The notes under the pieces are model-generated. The model was not told the origin of the DNA, did not search any database, and was given only the letters and a program-made list of their open reading frames with translations. Of a DNA stretch of 64,000 nucleotides, positions 57,528-64,000 are shown piece after piece. Positions within the stretch are counted from its first letter, which is position 1. Every line of letters begins with the position of its first letter. Position numbers and translations under genes: made by a program. Origin of the DNA: an uncultured Spirochaetota bacterium (GTDB lineage Bacteria > Spirochaetota > Spirochaetia > SZUA-6 > Fen-1364); assembly GCA_963781885.1 (NCBI GenBank), contig CAWAHW010000007.1:544001-608000 (forward strand), in the 5' to 3' direction.

Positions 57528-60500
57528 CTAGAACAGCTCCGCGGCCGCCTTCACGCCTTCCAGGTCGATCTTCCCGCTTGTCACGACGGGCATCGCTGTC
57601 GGATATGACCGGCCATTGATCCACAGCTCTTTTGCGAGCGGGATGAACAGGTCCTGCCTGCCGGGCTTCATGCCCCACACGATCCGGCGCGTACCGTTCT
57701 CCGATTCCTCCACGCCGACGTCCAGGAGGAGGTCCGGCTTTTTCTGCGCGGGACGCTGCTTTCCGATGAGGTAGCCCGCGTTGCGCGTGTCCCACAGCAG
57801 GTTGATCCGCAGCTTGTCGCGATTCTCCAGAAGCGCTTTCAGCGTGCCCGCGTCCGCGTGCGCGGGATTCACCCAGACCTCGACGGGAAGGCCGGTGCCC
57901 AGCGCCTCCGCGATCGCCGTGCTCAGGTCCGGGAGAACACGGGAGCCAGCACGCCGCACGGTCTCGTCGTCATGACCCGTCACCCAGAGCTCCGCCGCGC
58001 CCTTGCGCTTCCTGCGATACGCTTCCGTGAAAACCACATTGTTCGTCTCCGCGATTTCTCCCACCAGGAGGATCAGCGCCTTGTCTTCATCCGTGCAGCC
58101 CGCGGGTTTTGCAGCAAGCTGCGCCCATCCTGGGTCCAGCGCTTCCAGCCCGGCGGCGACCACGGGGATTCCTCTGCGCGCCGCCGCCTCGATGAACGTG
58201 TCGATGGCTTCCGCGCAGAGCGACGGGGAGATCCGCATCAACGGATTCTTCGCTTTTGAGAGAAGCTTCCGCGCCGTCTCGCGCGCCGCGGCAAGATCCA
58301 CCGCCGCGGGGGCCGGATCGTTCAGGAAGTCGTGGCCGAACCTTCCCTTCTTGCAGAGCTTGCCGAAATTCGGCGCATCGTAGCGCTCCGTGACGCGTGT
58401 GAAAAGCGTGCCATGCCAGCGGTATTCGATGCCGCAGCCTACCGAGCAGCGGCCGCAGGTGCCGTCCACCGTCTTTTCAAGCAGCGGCACGTTTTTCTTT
58501 GCCGGAAGCTTTTCCGTGAGCGCGCCCACCGGGCATGCGGAAACGCATTGGCCGCAGGAGATGCAGGTCGTGTCCTCTCCGAAAGGCACGCCGAATGACG
58601 GGGCGACCACCGAGGAGAATCCCCGGTAGATATAGCCGAACACGCCGATGCCCTGCACCTCGAGGCAGATCCTGATGCAACGTCCGCAGAGCACGCATTT
58701 TGACGGGTCCCTGCTGATGAACGGGTGCGAGTCGTCGATAGGGTGGCGCGCGATCTCGCCCAGATAGCGCGTGGCTATCGCATCGTATTCGGTTGCGTGC
58801 GACTTCAGCGCGCACTCTTTCACGTCCAGGCAGCCGCACTCGAGGCAGCGTTCGGCCTCGGCGCGGGCCGCGGCGACCGGGAGCGTGGATTCTATTTCCA
58901 TGAAGCCCTTTGCGCGCGGCCCCGCCGCCATGACGGCAGGTTTCGCACGCGGTGCGCGCGGGGTGGCGGCGAAGTCCTCCGCGGTCGGCGTCTTGAAATC
59001 CGCCTTTTTGCTCAGGAACTCTTTTGGCCTTTGGTAGGTCCTGCCCTCCAGGTATGCAAGAGCCGCGCGCGCCGCGTGCTTGCCGCCGGCAATCGCGCGT
59101 ATGGCGATGTCCGTGCCGGTGAGGAGGTCTCCCGCCGCGAAGACGCCCGCAACGTCGGTGCGACCCGTGTCCGTGTCCGCATTCAGGTTGCCCTTGTCAT
59201 CCACGAGGCCGGGTGTGCCGGAGAGCAGCTTCGTGTCCGAGTACTGCCCGACGGCGGAGATGATCGTATCAACGGGGACGGCATACTCCGATCCGTCCAC
59301 GGGCACGGGCCTTCGCCGTCCGGAGGCGTCCGGTTCTCCCAGCGCCATGCGCAGCAGGGTGAGGGTCTTCAGGCTTCCGCCTTCTGCCAGGATCGAGACG
59401 GGGGCCGCGAGGTACTGGATGTCGATGCCTTCCTCCATGGCCTCTTCGATCTCCGCATCGGATGCCGGCATCTCCTCGCGCGTGCGCCGGTAGTACATCG
59501 TCACCTTCGACGCGCCGCGCCGCAGGGAACAGCGGGCGGCGTCCAGCGCGGTGTTGCCGCCGCCGATGATGGCGACGATCTCGCCGACCTTCACGGGCAG
59601 CCCCGCGTTCACGTCGCGCAGGAAGTCGATGCCGGAAAGCACCGCGGGATGGTCCTCGCCGGGGATGCGCAAGGCCCGACCCTTCCACGCGCCAATGGCG
59701 AGAATCACGGCGTCATTTTCCGCGCGCAGTTTCTCAAGGGTCACGTCCTTGCCCAGCCGCACGCCCGTGCGGAGGGTCGCGCCGAGGCTCAGCATTTCAG
59801 CGATCGCCCGGTCCAGGACCGCGGGCGGCAGGCGGTAGTCGGGGATGCCGTAGCGCAGCATGCCGCCGGCCTTCTCCATGCCCTCAAGGAGCGTGACGTC
59901 CACGCCCTTCTCCGAGAGGTACCATGCGGCGGAAAGCCCCGCGGGTCCGGCGCCGATCACGGCGATCTTCTTTCCGATGCGCGCGGGCGTGGGACGCTGC
60001 TTCATGCCGCCAGCCGCCGCTTCCGCGTCGGCCACGAATCGCTTGATGCCGTTGATGTTGAGCGGCTCTTCCACGAGGCTGCGTCTGCATTCCTGCTCGC
60101 ACGGCCGGGGACAGATGCGGCCGATGACCGCCGGCATGGGATTGTCGCGTCGGATGAGCTCCACGGCCTCGGCGTCCTTCCCGTTCGCCACCAGGCCCAG
60201 ATAGCCCTGGATGTCGATGTTGGAGGGGCAGGTGAGCGTGCAGGGGGCCTTGCAGTCCCCGTAGTGATTCGAAAGGAGCAGGTCCAGCGCCATGCGCCGC
60301 GCCGCGTCGACGTCAGGGGCGGTTGTGGTAATGACCATGCCCGGAGTCACCTTCGTGCTGCAGCTGGGGACGAAGCCCTTTGCCTTTTCCACCTTGACCA
60401 GGCAGACCCAGCAGGATGCGTACGGCTCGAGCCTCTTGTCGTTGCAGAGCGTCGGGATGCGGATGCCCTGGCTCTCCGCCGCTTCGAGTATCGTCGTGCC

Positions 60501-60551
60501 CGGCGCCACGGTGAGCTTCTTCCCGTCCAGGGTGATCTCGATCTGGTCCAT
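57528..60551 (-). CDS. StnC-like oxidoreductase: 2Fe-2S + GltD-like FAD/NADPH domain + 4Fe-4S + degenerate molybdopterin-like domain
   Basis: IPTLC, CWVC, GRICPRPCE, GAGPAG, GGGNTA, CVLCGRC, CISCGQC..CP, CGRCSVGC. Confidence 0.85.
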   Translation of the reverse strand: MDQIEITLDGKKLTVAPGTTILEAAESQGIRIPTLCNDKRLEPYASCWVCLVKVEKAKGFVPSCSTKVTPGMVITTTAPDVDAARRMALDLLLSNHYGDCKAPCTLTCPSNIDIQGYLGLVANGKDAEAVELIRRDNPMPAVIGRICPRPCEQECRRSLVEEPLNINGIKRFVADAEAAAGGMKQRPTPARIGKKIAVIGAGPAGLSAAWYLSEKGVDVTLLEGMEKAGGMLRYGIPDYRLPPAVLDRAIAEMLSLGATLRTGVRLGKDVTLEKLRAENDAVILAIGAWKGRALRIPGEDHPAVLSGIDFLRDVNAGLPVKVGEIVAIIGGGNTALDAARCSLRRGASKVTMYYRRTREEMPASDAEIEEAMEEGIDIQYLAAPVSILAEGGSLKTLTLLRMALGEPDASGRRRPVPVDGSEYAVPVDTIISAVGQYSDTKLLSGTPGLVDDKGNLNADTDTGRTDVAGVFAAGDLLTGTDIAIRAIAGGKHAARAALAYLEGRTYQRPKEFLSKKADFKTPTAEDFAATPRAPRAKPAVMAAGPRAKGFMEIESTLPVAAARAEAERCLECGCLDVKECALKSHATEYDAIATRYLGEIARHPIDDSHPFISRDPSKCVLCGRCIRICLEVQGIGVFGYIYRGFSSVVAPSFGVPFGEDTTCISCGQCVSACPVGALTEKLPAKKNVPLLEKTVDGTCGRCSVGCGIEYRWHGTLFTRVTERYDAPNFGKLCKKGRFGHDFLNDPAPAAVDLAAARETARKLLSKAKNPLMRISPSLCAEAIDTFIEAAARRGIPVVAAGLEALDPGWAQLAAKPAGCTDEDKALILLVGEIAETNNVVFTEAYRRKRKGAAELWVTGHDDETVRRAGSRVLPDLSTAIAEALGTGLPVEVWVNPAHADAGTLKALLENRDKLRINLLWDTRNAGYLIGKQRPAQKKPDLLLDVGVEESENGTRRIVWGMKPGRQDLFIPLAKELWINGRSYPTAMPVVTSGKIDLEGVKAAAELF

Positions 60552-60553
60552 GT

Positions 60554-62398
60554 TCAGTCCTTCCCCCGGCGCCGGCGCCAATTCCACGGGGTACCGCGGC
60601 GTCGGCCTTCTCGTGCGCAAAGGCCTGCGCTCCCGTGGTGATCTCTATCGCGTTGAACCGGCACGCCTCGAAGCAGAGACCGCACCGGATGCAAGTGTCC
60701 TGGTCGATGAGGTGCGGCTTCTTCCGCTCGCCGTGCGCGGCCTTCGTGGGACAGACGCGCGCGCAGAGCATGCAGCCCGTGCACGCTCTCCGCGACCACG
60801 TTGTAGGTGATGAGCGCCTTGCACTTCTTTGCCGGGCAGCGCTTGTTCCTGATGTGCTCGTCGTATTCCGCGCGGAAGTAGCGCAGAGTGGTGAGCACGG
60901 GGTTGGGCGCGGTCTGCCCGAGCGCGCAGAGCGAGCTGATCCGGATCTTGCCCGCCAGCTCCTCCAGCTCCGCAATGTCCTTCTCTTCTCCCCTGCCTTC
61001 CGTGATGCGCGTGAGGATCTCCAGCATCCGCTTCGTTCCGATCCTGCAGAAGGTGCATTTGCCGCAGGATTCGCTCTGGATGAAGGTGAGGAAGTAGCGC
61101 GCGACGTCGACCATGCAGGTCGATTCGTCCATGACGACCATGCCGCCGGACCCCATGATCGCGCCCGTTGCCGTGAGGGAATCGTAGTCCACCAGCACGT
61201 CGGCGAGGCTTTCCGGCACGCACCCGCCGGAGGGACCGCCCATCTGGACAGCCTTGAACTTCTTGTCGCCCATGATGCCGCCGCCGATGTCGAAGATCAC
61301 CTCGCGGAGGCTGATGCCCATGGGCACCTCGATCATGCCGCCGCGCTTGATCTTGCCCGCAAGGGCGAAGACCTTTGTCCCCCTGCTTTTTTCCGTGCCG
61401 ATCTTCGCGTACTCCAGCCCGCCCATGCGGATGATCGAGGGCACATTCGCGAATGTCTCCACGTTGTTGATATTGGAAGGAGAACCCCACAGACCGCGCT
61501 CCGCGGGAAACGGGGGGCGCAGGCGCGGCATGCCGCGCTTGCCTTCTATCGAACCCATGAGCGCCGTTTCTTCACCGCAGACGAATGCGCCGGCGCCTTC
61601 CTTTATGTGGAGGCTGAACGAAAAATCGGTTCCCAGTATCCGGTTGCCCAGCAGGTTCTTTTCTTCCATCTGGCGCAGCGCGATCTGGAGCCTCTTGATG
61701 GCGAGCGGGTATTCCGCGCGCACGTACACGTAGCCCTCGTCGGACCCGATGGCAAAGGCGCCGATCAGCATGCCTTCCAGGACCGCGTGCGGGTCCCCTT
61801 CCAGCACCGAGCGGTCCATGAAGGCGCCCGGGTCCCCCTCGTCCGCGTTGCAGATGATGTACTTCTTGCCGGTCGTGGACTTCGCTTTGCGCGCGAATGT
61901 CCATTTCATGCCGGTGGGGAATCCCGCGCCACCGCGGCCGCGCAGACCCGACGCCGAAACCTGCTCGATGACCGCCTCAGGGCTCATGCCGGTGAGCACC
62001 TTCCGCAGCGCCACGTAGCCGTCGTGGGCGATGTACTGGTCGATGGATTCGGGATCGATGACGCCGCAGTTGGCAAGAACGATACGCTTCTGTCGCGCCA
62101 GGTACGGGTAGTCGGCGGGGATGAGCATCGCGGTGACCGGTGTCCCTGCAAGGAGCCCTTCCACGATCGCGTGCGCCTTCGCCTCGTCCACGTTGCCGTA
62201 GAGGAGCTTTGTCCCGTCGGCCTGGCGTATCTCCACGAGCGGCTCGGCGTGGCAGGCGCCGATGCATCCCGTGGCGACAACGGCGTAGGGCAGGGCCCGC
62301 GCCGCAACGTCCTTCTGGAGAGTGTCGAAAACCACCCGCGCGCCCGCGGCGATGCCGCAGGAGCTCATGCCCACCGCCACTTCCGGCTGGCCGCTCAT
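60554..62398 (-). CDS. NuoF/HydB/StnB-like flavin subunit, indel near 60788
   Basis: GRGGAGFP, NADEGDPGAFMDR, ESCGKC..CR; the C-terminal 2x[4Fe-4S] motifs (CTGCMLC, CIRCGLC) are in a shifted frame. Confidence 0.88.
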   Translation of the reverse strand: MSGQPEVAVGMSSCGIAAGARVVFDTLQKDVAARALPYAVVATGCIGACHAEPLVEIRQADGTKLLYGNVDEAKAHAIVEGLLAGTPVTAMLIPADYPYLARQKRIVLANCGVIDPESIDQYIAHDGYVALRKVLTGMSPEAVIEQVSASGLRGRGGAGFPTGMKWTFARKAKSTTGKKYIICNADEGDPGAFMDRSVLEGDPHAVLEGMLIGAFAIGSDEGYVYVRAEYPLAIKRLQIALRQMEEKNLLGNRILGTDFSFSLHIKEGAGAFVCGEETALMGSIEGKRGMPRLRPPFPAERGLWGSPSNINNVETFANVPSIIRMGGLEYAKIGTEKSRGTKVFALAGKIKRGGMIEVPMGISLREVIFDIGGGIMGDKKFKAVQMGGPSGGCVPESLADVLVDYDSLTATGAIMGSGGMVVMDESTCMVDVARYFLTFIQSESCGKCTFCRIGTKRMLEILTRITEGRGEEKDIAELEELAGKIRISSLCALGQTAPNPVLTTLRYFRAEYDEHIRNKRCPAKKCKALITYNVVAESVHGLHALRARLSHEGRARRAEEAAPHRPGHLHPVRSLLRGVPVQRDRDHHGSAGLCAREGRRRGTPWNWRRRRGKD

Positions 62399-62853
62399 GA
62401 CTTGCCTCCCACCGCCGCGACGATCTTGCCCAGCTTGTCACCGGTGAGCCGGCCGTAGACCTCGCCGTCGATCATCACCACGGGCGCGAGCGAGCAGCAC
62501 CCCAGGCAGGCCACCCTCTCAACCGTGAACTCCCCGTCCTTCGTCGTATTCCCCGGTGCAACGCCGAGCTTCTGCTCCACCACCGTGTCCAGCGAATCGG
62601 CTCCCTGCACGTGGCAGGCGGTGCCGTGACAGACCTTCATGACGTGCTTTCCCATGGGCGTGAAACGGAACTGTGCATAGAACGTGGCCACGCCGTAGAT
62701 CTCCGCCGCCGCCATGCCCGTGACCCGGGCGATATTGCGCATCGCCTCTTGCGGAAGGTATCCGTAGATGTCCTGGGTTTTCTGCAGAAGAGGGATGACG
62801 TTCCCCTTCACCCCCTTCCACTCGCTGAGAAGGGCCTGAAACGCCTGTTCCAT
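62395..62853 (-). CDS. NuoE/HydC/StnA-like [2Fe-2S] subunit
   Basis: VATFY, CHGTAC, ACLGCC..AP. Confidence 0.92.
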   Translation of the reverse strand: MEQAFQALLSEWKGVKGNVIPLLQKTQDIYGYLPQEAMRNIARVTGMAAAEIYGVATFYAQFRFTPMGKHVMKVCHGTACHVQGADSLDTVVEQKLGVAPGNTTKDGEFTVERVACLGCCSLAPVVMIDGEVYGRLTGDKLGKIVAAVGGKS

Positions 62854-62919
62854 GTGATCTCCTTCGGCGGTCACGTGCCGGTGCCAGAGTCAATTTTGAT
62901 TCGAACGGGAGTTGTCTGG

Positions 62920-62948
62920 ATTGTAGCACAGCGCGAAGAGGCATGCAA
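62920..62948 (-). promoter_or_regulatory. sigma70 promoter of the stn-like operon
   Basis: TTGCAT-17 bp-TACAAT with extended -10 TG. Confidence 0.7.
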
Positions 62949-62996
62949 CTGGGGGGAGAGTCCCTCCCGGGGAGATGCATTGTCACGCCGGGCCTG

Positions 62997-64000
62997 CTAT
63001 CTGGAAGAATCCTTTCCGCCGCCGCCGCGCGCGACCCGTTTGCGCGAGCGGGCAAAGAGCCGGACGATGTCCTGGCCCGGCTTGATCACGAGCAGGTACC
63101 CGACACCGGGCGAGGGCTCGGTCGGCCGGATCTCCGAAAAGCCATTGCGGAGAAAAAGGAACACCGCGAGTCGCAGCACCGCGACGACAACGAAAACCCC
63201 GGTGATGTTGTTGAGCACGCCATACGCGAGGCCTGACCATTTCAGCAGGTCCGCAATGGCGCCACCCGAGAGCGACCCGAGGAACGCGGCGGTCATGAGA
63301 AGGGTCTGGTAGTAGGCGAGTGACTTCGTGATCCGATCGCGGCCGACAGCGTCATAGATGTAGGTCGATCCGGCCAGGGAGAAACCGGCAAAGAGAAAGC
63401 CATTGAGGAACTGCAGGAGGACCAGGATCGGCCAGGCGCGGATGACTACCCAGCCCGCCGCGATCAGGGGGAAGAACGCGGAGGTCACCATGATGATCCT
63501 TCGGTTGCCGAACCGGTCGATGAGCGTCCCCCAATAGGTCATGAGGAGAAAGGTGGCGATGGTCCCGGTCATGGTGACCGCCGTGAAGGCCACGTAGTTG
63601 AGGCCGAGATCCGACAGGAGATGGACCTGGATGAGGGGAGCCATCATCATCGTGAGGAAGCTCATCGGAACCATGTAGAGCATGAAGCCGCCGAGATCGG
63701 TGTTGCGCAGGTCACGCAGGAAAAGAAGGAGGCTCATGGTGCGCGCTTCCGTCGTCCGCGTCATGGGCGGCTCGTACATTCTCCGCAGCACGAATGTGTC
63801 GGAAGAACGGCTGAGTGACGCGAGGAGCAAAAGGACCCCGTACGCGGCCACCTCCAGGCCCCGCTGCTTCGCCATAAACAGGAAGAGCCCCGCGAGGGAG
63901 GTGGCGATGAACTGGGCGACGCCGCCGGTGCGGTTCCTGATGCCCCAGAAATACCCCCGCCGATCCGCGGGGACCAGGTCGTTCATCCAGGAAAGCCACG
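62997..64000 (-). CDS. MFS transporter (5'-truncated by window)
   Basis: Several TM helices; WGTLIDRFGNRRI motif A. Confidence 0.88.
   Translation of the reverse strand, partial: WLSWMNDLVPADRRGYFWGIRNRTGGVAQFIATSLAGLFLFMAKQRGLEVAAYGVLLLLASLSRSSDTFVLRRMYEPPMTRTTEARTMSLLLFLRDLRNTDLGGFMLYMVPMSFLTMMMAPLIQVHLLSDLGLNYVAFTAVTMTGTIATFLLMTYWGTLIDRFGNRRIIMVTSAFFPLIAAGWVVIRAWPILVLLQFLNGFLFAGFSLAGSTYIYDAVGRDRITKSLAYYQTLLMTAAFLGSLSGGAIADLLKWSGLAYGVLNNITGVFVVVAVLRLAVFLFLRNGFSEIRPTEPSPGVGYLLVIKPGQDIVRLFARSRKRVARGGGGKDSSR

Noticed and set aside
60313-60553. Apparent 240-nt overlap of the NuoF-like C-terminus with the next gene
   Set aside because: Best explained by a second indel near the 3' end of the NuoF-like gene
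60554-62853. Complex I nuoEF or [FeFe]-hydrogenase operon
   Set aside because: No membrane nuo genes; the third subunit lacks H-cluster motifs and contains a GltD-like domain
62895-62915. GTTCGAATC T-loop-like motif on the minus strand
   Set aside because: No T-stem, cloverleaf or acceptor stem, so not a tRNA
1-64000. Prophage, IS, integron or defence island
   Set aside because: No integrase, transposase, phage structural or defence-type genes recognised; composition is uniform

Overview
High-GC bacterial chromosomal window, probably a free-living spirochaete (Spirochaetia). That assignment is inferred from the cNMP-TPR-cNMP protein, the STAS plus Zn-ribbon protein, the eukaryote-type hexokinase and the lipoprotein types. 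There are about 57 mostly housekeeping or metabolic genes: the htpG 3' end, a GH2 beta-mannosidase, an alternative sigma70, an mgtA/EIIA-like/PAP2 operon, tolC-macAB with a two-component system, arfB, hexokinase-rhaA-aldolase/SDR, rpmB, sodA, two class III cyclases, pdhABC without E3, a suf operon, and an StnABC-like electron-bifurcating transhydrogenase. I saw no tRNA, rRNA, CRISPR array, integrase or transposase. At least five genes carry single-base frameshifts, most likely assembly indels. The best candidates for undescribed biology are: (i) an MEP-initiated leader peptide with an attenuator upstream of the mgtA operon; (ii) a small HTH + histone-H1-like + amphipathic-tail protein; (iii) a family of GTAG-type REP-like hairpins with nested inserts; (iv) a non-canonical rhamnose cluster; (v) an IscR-type palindrome in the suf promoter region; (vi) widespread apparently leaderless genes. 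All calls come from reading the sequence; no searches were run.
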